The translations under genes were made by a program, and so were the position numbers. A DNA stretch of 64,000 nucleotides, from the NCBI RefSeq assembly GCF_006345805.1, contig NC_043005.1, positions 71,424,001-71,488,000 of the forward strand, in the 5' to 3' direction. Each line of letters begins with the position of its first letter. The stretch's first letter is position 1. The DNA comes from Octopus sinensis (lineage: Eukaryota). Positions 38,667-49,579 of the stretch are shown one piece after another. Under the pieces are notes generated by a model that saw only the letters and a program-made list of their open reading frames with translations, was not told the DNA's origin and searched no databases.

Positions 38667-38670
<4 letters not shown>
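38584..38670 (+). mobile_element. decayed pLTR end with hammerhead remnant
   Basis: CTATC-TTGAAGA-T-GGACA-TATCA-TGT-GAAAC-TTT-GATAG, then about 45 nt to (TA)n. Confidence 0.45.
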
Positions 38671-38708
<38 letters not shown>

Positions 38709-39044
38709 GTTGTTGTAGATCATGATTTGCTCTCTGGATTGCTTTTTACGTTTATATAGAAGAAGAAAAAAATGGAGAAAAAACACTGATTTGTCAGATA
38801 TTGGTTTCTTTCCACAAATCTGTGATATGTTCTTTCAATAATGTCATCCAATGGAATCTCACCTTGATGATGCACATAGATAAATACATGGTAGCTGTCA
38901 ACTCACAAATGAAGTATGAACAGTGCTGACAAATTATTTCATCCTGGTTGTTAAAGACAATGGGTGTTAGCAATATTCATGCTGAAATTCAAAGTCAAGA
39001 ACAACTTGCAGGACACCACTAAGACTCTAACCGACAAAGCCAAG

Positions 39045-39632
39045 TCCTCGAGCATCATCCGAGCATGATCATTGCCAGAGCAGCTATCTGGCTTCCATGC
39101 CGGTGGCACGTAAAATACGCCATTCGAGCATGATCGTTACCAGCATCACCTTACTGGCACCCGCGCCGGTGGCATGTGTAAAAGATTTAAGCGCGGTTGT
39201 TGCCAGTGCCACTTGACTGGCCCTGTGCCGGTGGTATGTAAAAGCACCCACTACACTCTCGGAGTGGTTGGCGTTAGGAAGGGCATCCAGCTGTAGAAAC
39301 TCTGCCAGATCAAGATTGAAGCCTGGTGCAGCCACCTAGTTCGGCAGTCCTCAGTCAAATCATCCAACCCATGCTAGCATGGAAAGCAGATGTTAAATGA
39401 TGATGATGATACATGTATAGTATGGAAAACAGACATTAAATAATGATGATGATAATGATATATATATATATACATACTACACTCACGGAGTGGTTGACGT
39501 TAGGAAGGGCATCCAGCTGTAGAAACTCTACCAGATCAAGATTGAAGCCTGGTGCAGCCATCTGGTTCGCCAGCCCTCAGTCACACGTCCAACCCATGCT
39601 AGCATAGAAAGTGGACATTAAACGATGATGAT
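39045..39632 (+). mobile_element. RTE 3' UTR, with a second tandem tail at 39475-39632
   Basis: Subrepeats plus two GGCGTTAGGAAGGGCATCCAGCTGTAG...GATGAT tails. Confidence 0.85.
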
Positions 39633-40014
39633 GTGGCTGTTCTGGTGTCTCAAGAGATGTTTAAGTAAAGACTAGGAGGTCTCTCATTCACAACTGTTGG
39701 ATGGCCGTTAACCCTATTGAGTTTATGCATCCTCTGACAGGTTTTGTTTTGCCCCTTGCTGGGTGTCTAATGAAAACCATCCTCCCTACCAAGCAGGCTT
39801 GGTAGGATTGCCAGTTCAGTCACAGATATCTCAACCATGTAACTGATTATGCTGGGTTACATGTTGCCAGTAGTTCTAAGAGTGATTTGACAGATACATA
39901 CATATTTACATTCATACATGTATAACTCTATACAAGCAGGTAAACAGAAAAAGGAAAGTAGCACTCACCATGTATTTGGAATTGTACACATTTAATATAT
40001 TGATTAAGCTTTAC

Positions 40015-40405
40015 AGGAGTGGCTGTGTGGTAAGTAGCTTGCTTACCAGCCACATGGTTCCGGGTTCAGTCCCACTGCGTGGCACCTTGGGCAAGTGTCT
40101 TCTACTGTAGCCTCAGGTTGACCAAAGCCTTGTGAGTGGATTCGGTAGACAGAAACTGAAAGAAGCCTGTCATATATATGTATATACATATATATGTGTG
40201 TGTATTTGTTTGTCCCCCGACATCGCCTGACAACTGATGCTGGTGTGTTTAAGTCCCCGTAACTTAGCAGTTTGGCAAAAGAGACCGATAGAATAAGTAC
40301 TAGGCTTACAAAGAATAAGTCCTGGGGTCGATTTGCTTGACTAAAGGCGGTGCTCCAGCATGGCCACAGTCAAATGATTGAAACGAGTAAAAGAGTAAAA
40401 GAGTA
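40015..40405 (+). mobile_element. SINE family A, full length
   Basis: Head-to-tail match. Confidence 0.9.
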
Positions 40406-40729
40406 TCACTAGAAGTTTTGAAGACATAGAACTGCATTGTCAGAGTAGGAAGAATTTAAGCATTGTTTCTTCTAAGTCAGTATATTTGATGGAAGGGCCC
40501 ACTCTAAATGTCGGTTCAGCTCATATGAATAGAATAATCGAACATTAACATTAGACTATCTTAATTGTATGATTATGTAGTAGAGGGAACATTCTAGACC
40601 CTGTAGGGCTTCTGAAGTCATTAATGTTAGTCACATCATATACTTATAGTGATAGGAGGAAAGTGCTCCATGTGGTGAGGTAACCAGTCTAGTGGTGTTA
40701 AATCAAATTTCTGGTCCCTGAAATAGCAG

Positions 40730-41080
40730 TAACCTCTACATAGACATGATTGGTCATGTGCCATTGCAGTGCATGACCACACCCACCATTTGTTGGTATC
40801 TGCTCAGATCATCCCAATTCATTCTCCAAGCAGTGTCTCAGTCAGTTCCTATTTCCATGAAGTACTTCCACATCTGCCATGAGCATGAGGCATGTGGCCA
40901 ACCATTAGGAGCTGTCGCCACAGCCAGATCTTCAGAGAAGAGAACACGTTGAGCAGGATCCAATTCAGAAAATCAAACAACATGACCAGACAGTCTAGGC
41001 TGATGCTCCTGAAATATACAAGTAACAGGACACATCCCAGTTTCTGAGTATAGTCATTGGATCATTGGTTGGATATGAAA
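40730..41080 (-). mobile_element. decayed LINE 3' ORF end (RTE-like)
   Basis: Minus-strand QEHQPRLSGHVV*FSELDPAQRV resembles the RL.GHVAR....DPA.R C-terminal motif. Confidence 0.45.
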
Positions 41081-41289
41081 ACCAACCAATGGTAACCTAT
41101 TATCATTGTAGGTCACAATAGTTGGTGGAAGTAGCCCAACCATAAGTCAGTTCAGCTCATATGACTAGATTAATCAAACATCGTTGTTAAATAATGTTGA
41201 ATGTGTATCAGGATAGCCATATGACCAGATGAAAATGGTAACCAAATCACACTCAGAGAGAAGAGGAGATATTGAAAGAGTAGAGCTAA

Positions 41290-41750
41290 ATATCTTCTTC
41301 TTCTTAATCCTTTTTGCCTCTTGTGGAGCATAGGGCCTCAACAGTTGTTTTCCACTTTTCGCGGTCATTGACATGTTTCTTGGCTGCTTCCCATGTCAGG
41401 CTGGTCGTCCAGAGCTTTTCCAAAATGCTTCGCGTCCATGTCTGCTTTGGACGTCCTCGCTTCCTTTTTCCCTGCAGGTTCCGGTCAAGTGTTTGTCGTG
41501 TCACATTTGAGGGTTATTTCCACAGTGTGCCCCCGATCCATCTCCATATCCTTCGTCTAATCTGAACATCTATGGGCTCCTGGTTGGCCCTTTCCCACAC
41601 GTCGGTGTTCAGCACTCTGTCGAACCACTTCATATGGAGGATCTGCCGGAGACATTTGTCGATGAAGGTCTGGATCATCTTGTGGTTGCTACAGGTGGCT
41701 TTCCATGTTTCAAATCCACACAAAAGCACAGATTTTATGTTTGAACTAAA
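41290..41750 (-). mobile_element. RTE LINE 3' end, family distinct from 51770-53435
   Basis: IKSVLLCGFETWK...IQTFIDKCLRQIL..W..RVLN..VW...Q.PI...IRRR.WRWIG; ..QGKRKRGRPKQTW; (GAA)n tail. Confidence 0.85.
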
Positions 41751-42224
41751 TATACTATATCTAAAATATAATGATGGTATAATCATGACCTTTGAATCAG
41801 TAGCTTAGCTTTGCATGTGAGGAGGTTGTCCACATTGGGTAGTGCTTTTATAAACTTAGGCCTATGAATGGGGATGCAAAATCAAGAGCCACCCTAGGTG
41901 GTACTCACTGCTTTGATCATAGGTATGCTTGATCAGAACTGAGCTGGCCCAAATAGCAGCATAGACATGTAAAACACAGGAATAATGATAGCAGCAGTAG
42001 CAAAATAGAATGAATTAAAAGTAGCAAGAAATAAGAGCAAAAGAAACACGAGTAAAATTAGGAGAGACAGAATTAAGACCAGTAATAACATATCGGCCAT
42101 AGAGGCATGAAAAAAGGGAGACAGTAGCAGCAATAGATTTGCAACTGTCAAAGTGAATACAAATCAACAGCAGTTATGGTTAATATCATGTCTCCAACGT
42201 CAGAAACATACTAGATATCTGAAT

Positions 42225-42520
42225 ATGTTGAGGCAAGTGAGAATCGGAATCAAAATCGAAATCGATCAACATCAATGGAAATTGTAGCTGTGGCACGTAA
42301 AAAGCACCATCGCCAGCCTCACCTGGCCCCCGTGCCAGTGGCACGTAAAAATCACCCACTACACTCATGGAGTGGTTGATGTTAGGAAGGGCATCCGGCC
42401 GTAGAAACATTGCCAGATCAGACTGGGCCTGGTGCAGCCTTCTGGCTTCCCAGACCCCAGTTGAACCATCCAACCCATGCTAGCATGGAAAATGGACGCT
42501 AAATGATGATGATGATGATG
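42225..42520 (+). mobile_element. RTE 3' UTR
   Basis: GTTGAGGCAAGTG...ATCGATCAACATCAATGG, the same as 52180-52240 on the minus strand. Confidence 0.85.
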
Positions 42521-42674
42521 ATATATATATTCTTTTATTCTTTTATCTGTATCAGTGATTTGACAGCGGCCGTGTTGGGGCACCACCTTTAGTTGAGCAA
42601 ATCGATCCCAGAACTTATTCTTTATAAGCCTAGTACTTATTCTATCGGTCTCTTTTTGCTGAACTGTTAAGTTA

Positions 42675-43027
42675 CATTCCAAAGGCTGGAGCAGCTTGAA
42701 TGGGAAACGATGCCCTATCCACCATGGTTGCCAGACTTTGCCCCATCTTATTATCATTTATTCCGCAGTTTTCAAAATCATTTGGATGGAAAAAATATGA
42801 ATTCTGTAGATGAGGTTAAAACAGTACTGGAAGGGTATTTTTCATCATAGACATGTGAATTATGGAATAGAGACCTTGAAAATCTATCAGATAGATGGAA
42901 GAGCATTGCAGAAAATGAAGGAGAATATATTTTAGATTAAAAAGAACTTTGTTTATCTTAATTTTGATAAATACAAGAAGTATAAAAATATTGCATAATT
43001 TACGCATTATTTATGAGATGACCCAAT
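42675..43027 (+). mobile_element. mariner C-terminus and 3' TIR
   Basis: WETMPYPPWLPDFAPSYYHLFRSFQNHLDGK...LSDRWKSIAENEGEYILD*; ends CGCATTATTTATGAGATGACCCAATA. Confidence 0.85.
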
Positions 43028-43094
43028 ATATATAGATACAGATATATGTATAAACACATATATACATGTGTGTGTGTGTGTATATATATATAAT

Positions 43095-43325
43095 TGAAGG
43101 CAGCAAGCTGGCAGAAATGTTAGCATGCCAGGCGAAATGTATAGCCGTATTTTGTCTGCTTTTATGTTCTGAGTTCAAATTCCGCCGAGGTCAACTTTGC
43201 CTTTCATCCTTTTGGGGTCGATAAATTAAGTACCAGTTGCACACAGGGGTCGATGTAATCGACTTAATCCCTTTGTCTGTCCTTGTTTGTCCCCTTTGTG
43301 TTTAGCCCCTTGTGGGCAATAAAGA
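43095..43325 (+). mobile_element. SINE family B
   Basis: Head-to-tail match. Confidence 0.85.
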
Positions 43326-44510
43326 AGTATATATACATATATATATATATAATTATAATTATAATAATAAAGGGAAGGATAAGAAGATATAGGAAGAGAG
43401 AAGAGGAGAAGGAGGGGAAGAGCAGGTGGAGTAGCTCCACAACAATTAACAACAAAGCTAACAACAGTAGCAAGAACATGAATTCTTAGGAAATTATTTG
43501 CTTAATGGTTAAGAACATTGTTAAACTTAGTATTTTGAAATAACTATTTCTTGCGGTTTGGCTCAAGTCTAAGACTATGCACACATCAACTAACATATCC
43601 AGTAGTGACAGTGAGAGACAAAAACCTATTGAAATATTGTAGTGATGCACATATTGTAATTATAGTGTGAAATGATGAGGTTTAATTGTCCAGAAAATAA
43701 TGTTATATAAACAAGCTCTCATCTCAGACATTTAGATATTTAATAAATGTTTACCTGTAGGGTATTTACCTTGGTGATTTACCATTTCTTATAGTTCATT
43801 ACCTGAATATAATTACAGATATTATTTACTTGTTAAATGAAAAATAGATAATTTCTCCATCGATTGTAAATTTTGTCTGAAAAAATAACGAAGATCTTAT
43901 CAGAATTATTGTTATCTTTGTTGTTTTTTGTTTAGCCCTAAGTCAACCTTCACTGATCACACCTAAATCGAAGGTTTAATTTCTGTGACCACAACATCAC
44001 TTGAGACATATGTATACAAAACCATTATAACATTAATCTATATAATATATCCTCAGTCCTGCTTTATGTCAGACAATAGTTGCACTTTGAGGAAAATTTG
44101 ACTGTTATTTCTAGTAGCTGGTTAAGGTGATCATAATACAGGTTCTCACAGTAGTTGAAGTATATATGTATCATTAGTTGTAATGGTTATAATATAATTA
44201 GTATTGTTAGTATCAGTGTACCTATTAGTGTTTGCATTGGTTTCAGGTGTGTGCCCATTACCCTCAGAGGTGGGGATTATATTATGTATGTTTAAGTTGC
44301 TTAAAGTGGTCGAACCATGGGTGTTAGATATGTTATTGCAATCGGTCTTAGTGTTTTCATTGTGTAGGTCTATGGTAGAGTTTCATGTGTTTAGATAGTA
44401 AGAGCTAAGTTTACATTTATTAGATGAGGTGATAATAGATTCTATATTTCATGTAGATGAATAGGATAATTTCAAAGTGGATCTGATAAAGATAGAATGG
44501 TACTTATGGT

Positions 44511-44665
44511 TACATTGGTGGGATTAAAAAGCTTGTAAATAGATGGGAGGAAGTCATAGATAATCAGGTAAAGTACATTGATGATTAAGTTTCAATTAAA
44601 TATAACATTTGATCACTTGTTTTCTTTATTCAAAATTCGAACAGAACTTATGTGATGACCTGATA
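44511..44665 (+). mobile_element. mariner C-terminal end and TIR
   Basis: YIGGIKKLVNRWEEVIDNQVKYIDD*; GAACTTATGTGATGACCTGATA. Confidence 0.65.
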
Positions 44666-44974
44666 CATAGTTTATATATGTCAAAGGCAACTTCCTGATG
44701 GTCTAGTTCAGCACTCACATACGGTCACAGCTTCAGTTGTGTATATATGTCATGTCAGAGACAGACTGTTTTGTTGATCAGATGAATTGAAACATTCATT
44801 GTTGTAATCAACGGAGTGCCAGTTTTATGTGCATGTGTATGTGCGTGTGCATACATATGGGGGTATGTGCATCCATCTCATGTTTTTCACCAGATCACAT
44901 GATCACTGATGTTGGTGAATTCATACTTGCAGAATCTAGCAGTTCAGCAAAAGAGAATCAATAGAGCAAAGGTA

Positions 44975-45300
44975 AAGACCATCTTCGGACATGAATGACG
45001 ATGGGATTGCATTTAGAAAGTTACTCTCTGAAGCACAAGTCTGGACAAGGTTGTTTATGGAAAACCAGCAGTCACCCTTGCATACCAGCTTCCCCTACTG
45101 ATGTTATCCAAAGGGAAGGCAAAGGCCAATACAGCTTGGCACCAGTGATGTCACAACTCATTTCTACAGCTGAGTGACTTGGAGCAACATGAAATAAAAC
45201 GTCTTGCTCAAAAAGCACAAAACACAGCCTGGGTTAGTAATTGAACTCACAACCTCAGGGCTGTAAGCCCAACACACTCTAACCACTGAGCTATCTGCCT
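44975..45300 (-). mobile_element. tRNA/CORE SINE (family D variant tail)
   Basis: Reverse complement of the 34518-34860 type. Confidence 0.7.
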
Positions 45301-45334
45301 TCACAATAGAATAAATCTATTTTTTTATTTTTTT

Positions 45335-45642
45335 ATATATGCACCCTTTTCAAGCCTAGCCAGGCTCATGGGCCCGGTTTCCCAGTTTCTGTAGCGAATG
45401 TTTTACCCCCAAGCTGGACGGGACGCCAGTCTATCACAGCATTACTCAAGAAACAGGAAAAAAGAGTGAGAGAAAGTTGGGGTGAAAGAGTACGACAGGG
45501 GTCGCCCCCCCCTGCCAGAGTCTCGTGGAGCTTTTAGGTATTTTCACTCAATAAACACACACAACGCTTAGTCTGGAAATCGAAACCGCGATCCTCCGAC
45601 TGCGAGTCTGCTGCCCTAACCACTGGGCCATTGCGCCTCCAC
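45335..45642 (-). mobile_element. SINE family D
   Basis: Head nearly identical to 2338; tail GGCTAGGCTTGAAAAGGGTGC differs. Confidence 0.8.
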
Positions 45643-45925
45643 ACAATAGAATAAATACAACACTTACATAAGTACAAGTACTGGGGTCAATTCATTCAAC
45701 TAAAAACCCTTTAAAGTGATGCTTCAGCATGGCCATAAATCCAATATCCGAAACAAAGAATATAAGAATAAATGAATATCAGAATAGAAAAATGAAAGAA
45801 TATGTTGAGAAGAAGCTAAAATATTGATTTATGATTTTTTTTTTTTTTATATTTATTTAAATGATTATCTGAAGAAATCTTTTGAATCAAATGGACATTT
45901 AGAAGCTGATTATATTAAATTATAG

Positions 45926-46217
45926 CATCGATGCTGAAGATGGAATGCTGGAATTAAAATCTGGAGGCATTTCTTTGTTGCGTCTTTTATCTGCCATCAG
46001 AACTATTTATGATATGTGCTCCTCTGAGGATCAGTTGAACAAGTCTTCTGTTACGAAAGCTCCCACCAGCACCGGTGGCAGCAGCAGCAACGACACCACC
46101 ACCACCACTACCCTCACCGTCAGCGCTACATTTTATCAATCGTTCTCCTACTGTCACATGTGGGTCCCACCTGAAGCTAAACATCAAACAGTCGAGAATC
46201 TCACAGCAAGAGAATAA
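45926..46217 (+). CDS. candidate terminal exon of an unidentified host gene
   Basis: CTGAT branch-like site at 45906-45910, TATAG acceptor ending 45925, open frame IDAEDGMLELKSGGISLLRLLSAIRTIYDMCSSEDQ...E*; no repeat match elsewhere in the window; protein not recognised. Confidence 0.3.
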
Positions 46218-46269
46218 GAATGAGAATGAGAAGCAGCATCCACAATTGCTTGATGAATGATTTTAGAAA

Positions 46270-46635
46270 AACGGTAATGGCATTGATAGTGATGATGACG
46301 ATGATGATGATGATGGTGATGGTGATGATGATGACGACGACGACGATGATGATGATGATGGGGATGATGATGAAAAGGAAAATGATAATGGTGATGATGA
46401 AGGTGATAACAATGACAACGATGATGATGATGATGATGACGACGACGACGATGATGATGGCGATGATGATGACGATGATGATGGTGATGATGGGGATGAT
46501 GAAAAGGAAAATGATAATGGCGATGATGAAGGTGATAACAATGACAACGATGATGATGATGATGACAACGATGGAAATGAAGATGACGAAGGCGATGATA
46601 ATGACAACGATAGTGATAACAACGATGACAACAAC
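46270..46635. repeat. (GAT/GAC)n microsatellite with a duplicated block of about 80 bp
   Basis: GGGGATGATGA..AAAGGAAAATGATAATGG..GAAGGTGATAACAATGACAAC occurs twice. Confidence 0.9.
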
Positions 46636-47061
46636 AATTTGTGTATGTCCTTATATTACGAACTATAAGGACATACACAAATTTTGTAAGTTCAAGACTT
46701 TTTCATCAGATCTCCAAAAAAATCGAACTTATCTGCGATTCTTGTTAATTTCAATAACAATCTGTTATTCTTCTACACGACATGACAGTCACTATGTTTT
46801 TACTCAGACTTTCCTCTACATGATGTGGCAGTCACTTTGCCTCTTACTCAGATTTTCAGAAATTTTGCATGACTGTATCCGAAAATTTCTTCATACAACT
46901 TGATCAAATATCCAATATGAGCTATATGTAGACATGCATAAATTCTATGGGTTTAAAACCTTTCATCAGATCTCCATGAATCGAACTTTCTTCAATGCAG
47001 TTAATACTACAACCTCTTTTATATCTACCCCTTTTGATGTTTGGGAATTCTCTGATATTTT

Positions 47062-47147
47062 TTCGGCTGACGAGTACGAGCCATCTGTATTCACTGCATT
47101 TTTTGTAGCTTATTAAAGATGTCCTCGTACGAAACGATCGTACCGAG
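47062..47147 (+). ncRNA. type-I hammerhead ribozyme, canonical core
   Basis: TTCGG | CTGACGA | GTACGAG..CTCGTAC | GAAAC GATC GT A | CCGAG; all conserved core nucleotides and three helices present; predicted cut after A47142 (GUA). Confidence 0.85.
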
Positions 47148-47203
47148 ATTTTAATCCATTCTTGTTGCTTTTTTCCTATTTATATATATATATATATATA
47201 TAT

Positions 47204-47395
47204 AACAGAGTAAGCACATAAATGTGGAAAAAATAGTACTTGAATACCAGAGATAGAGTAATATGGTTTTTTAATAAAGCTGCAAAAACATTGAAAAACT
47301 GTTACTCAGAGCTTCATGTTCCAAAACTATCTGATGAAACTCTGAGTAACAATTTTCATGATGTTTTTACAGTTTTATTTATAAAGTATATATAT
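47204..47395. repeat. short repeat with internal inverted repeat
   Basis: GTTACTCAGAG 47301-47311 / CTCTGAGTAAC 47340-47350; abuts (TA)n. Confidence 0.5.
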
Positions 47396-47419
47396 TCGGC
47401 ACAGGAGGGGCTGTGTGTG

Positions 47420-47635
47420 TGTGTCTGTGTTTGTATGTCTGTGTTTGTCCCTCCAACATCACTTGACAACCAATGCTGGTGTGTTTATGTCCCTGTAAGC
47501 TAGCGGTTCAAAAAAGAGGCCGATAGAATAAGTACTAGGCTTACAAAGAATAAGTCCTGGGGTCGATTTCGTTGATTGAAGGCGGTGCTCCAGCATGGCC
47601 ACAGTCAAATGACTGAAACAAGTAAAAGAGTAAAA
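47420..47635 (+). mobile_element. SINE family A, 3' half, followed by (GATA)n/(GACA)n
   Basis: Sequence match. Confidence 0.85.
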
Positions 47636-47670
47636 GATATATATATATATATGGAGAGAGAGAGAGAGTG

Positions 47671-47761
<91 letters not shown>

Positions 47762-48204
47762 AAGAAAGGAAGAAATGTCTGTTGATTCACATTCACCAGA
47801 AGTGATAAATTATAGGACTCAATACAAATGTAAGAGTATTCTTAAATACATAATAACTGAAAGGCTCAAAATTCCAGTAATCCAAGTTGCTCGTTTCCAA
47901 TCATCAGTTGGTAAACCAAACCTGATTTTCTTTTGAATATTCTCTGTGAGTATTATTGCTTAAACAGCAACACAATTTCATGACTCAGATTGTATGGAAT
48001 TTATTACATTTAAAATAATATTACCATGAGAACCAGAAATGAAATCAAAAGTGTGAGCTTGAAGCAGCTGTTTTCACACATGTCATTCACAAAGATTTTT
48101 AAACGAAAGAACTCAACGATAAGTACTTCCTTCAAACAATCATTTTATATTTCTAAAAGTATTCAGACAGTGGATATTCAAAAGAAAGCCTGGCTAGGTT
48201 TACC

Positions 48205-48438
48205 AGGCGGCGAGCTGGCAGACACATTAGCACGCCAGGCGAAATGCGGAGCCGTATTTCGTCTGCCGTTACATTCTGAGTTTAAATTTTGTCGAGGTCG
48301 ACTTTGCCTTTCATCCTTTCAGGTTCAATAAATTAAGTACCAGTTATGCACTGGGGTCCATATAATCGAATTAATCTGTCTGTCTGTCCTTGTTTGTCTC
48401 CTCTGTGTTTAGCCCCTTGTGGATAGTAAAGAAATAGG
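48205..48438 (+). mobile_element. SINE family B
   Basis: GGCGGCGAGCTGGCAG...GTAAAGAAATAGG. Confidence 0.9.
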
Positions 48439-48499
48439 TTTACCAGCTGATGATCAGAAACAAGCAACTCTGAGTCACTGGAAATCAGATCCTTTCAAT

Positions 48500-48780
48500 T
48501 GGTGTGGCTGTATGGCAAAAAGCTTGCTTCCCAACCACTAGGCCCCAGTTTCAGTCCCACTGCATGTCACCTTGGGTAAGTGTCTTTTCTTATAACCTTT
48601 GGCTGACTAAAGTCTTGTGAGTGGATTTGGTAGACAGAAACTGAAAGAAGCCTATCTTTTATACACACATAAGAGATGCAGTCAAATCACAGATAGATTA
48701 ACAGATAAGGTTGTTTACGTGTGTCGCAGATGTGCAGGAACAGTAGAATGGCCACAGTTGAATGACTAAAACAAATGTAA
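48500..48780 (+). mobile_element. SINE family A, decayed
   Basis: GGTGTGGCTGTATGG head, CACCTTGGGTAAGTG core. Confidence 0.7.
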
Positions 48781-48789
48781 GATAAGTGT

Positions 48790-49370
48790 TGGTGGCCAGA
48801 CAGAATGAAGCTGCTTGGCAAAGATTGACCTTGAACTCTGTTGTGCATGCACCAAGTTTTAACGTTTTACTTCTCTTCTGCTCTTTACAGCAGTGCTTGG
48901 AAGGAAGGTGTGTAGTCTCTGATTGTCGCATTGACCATGACAGAGAAAGTTGTCAGGGCAATACCTGCTCAGAGGCCTACATAAAGTTGCAGAAATTGCA
49001 TGGAGAAGAGTGTATGAGCTACACTCAAGTGTATGAGTGGTTCAGACGTTTCCAAGATGGCCATAAAAATGTCAATATTGACAATCGTTCTGGGATGCCC
49101 CCAACCAGCAGAAGTGAGAAAAACATTGCAGATATGTATGCATCTGTGAGGGGAAATCATCAAATCACAATCCATGAGTTATCAGAGGATCTGCAGATTA
49201 GTTGTGGTTCAGTGAAGTCAATTATCACTGAAGATTGAATATGCGATGCATGTCTTCCAAGTTTGTGCTAAAACTGCATTCAGTTGACCAAAAGGAGACT
49301 TGGGTTTCAATTGCGCAAGATCTCTTTGATTGTGTCAAAAACAATGAAAACTTTTTGAAAACTTTATGTA
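48790..49370 (+). mobile_element. mariner transposase N-terminal fragment (irritans-like)
   Basis: MSYTQVYEWFRRFQDG..V....RSG.PPTS..EKNI....V..N..ITIHELSEDL.IS.GSV.SIITED(L)NMR..SKFV. Confidence 0.85.
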
Positions 49371-49579
49371 AGCCCCTGAGCAAGTAACACAAAGCTTTTG
49401 GCAAAAAATTTGATGCCGATTTTCTTCTCAACTTTCTCTGTCATGGTCAATTCAAGTCTATAGTAGAATACACTTGCCCAAGGTGCCACCCAGCAGGACT
49501 GAATGTGGAACCATGTCGTTGAGAAGCAAACTTCTGACCCCAAAGTCATGCTTGCACCTATATATATGTGTGTGTGTGT

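Noticed and set aside
38863-38943. Minus-strand 81-nt exon candidate (CAG|DEIICQHCSYFICELTATMYLSMCIIK|GTGAGA)
   Set aside because: The splice signals are good, but the peptide is unrecognisable, no partner exons were found and such matches arise by chance in 64 kb; RNA-seq is needed.
44750-44815. Possible decayed pLTR or HHR (CAGATGA..GAAACATT)
   Set aside because: No consistent helices could be paired by eye.
46184-46903. Poly-Met, poly-His and poly-Ser ORFs of up to 227 aa (also 35501-35977)
   Set aside because: They are open frames of (GAT)n tracts on both strands and show no protein-like complexity.
48447-48462. CTGATGA-TCA-GAAAC
   Set aside because: No room for helix II and no helix I or III partners; likely chance.
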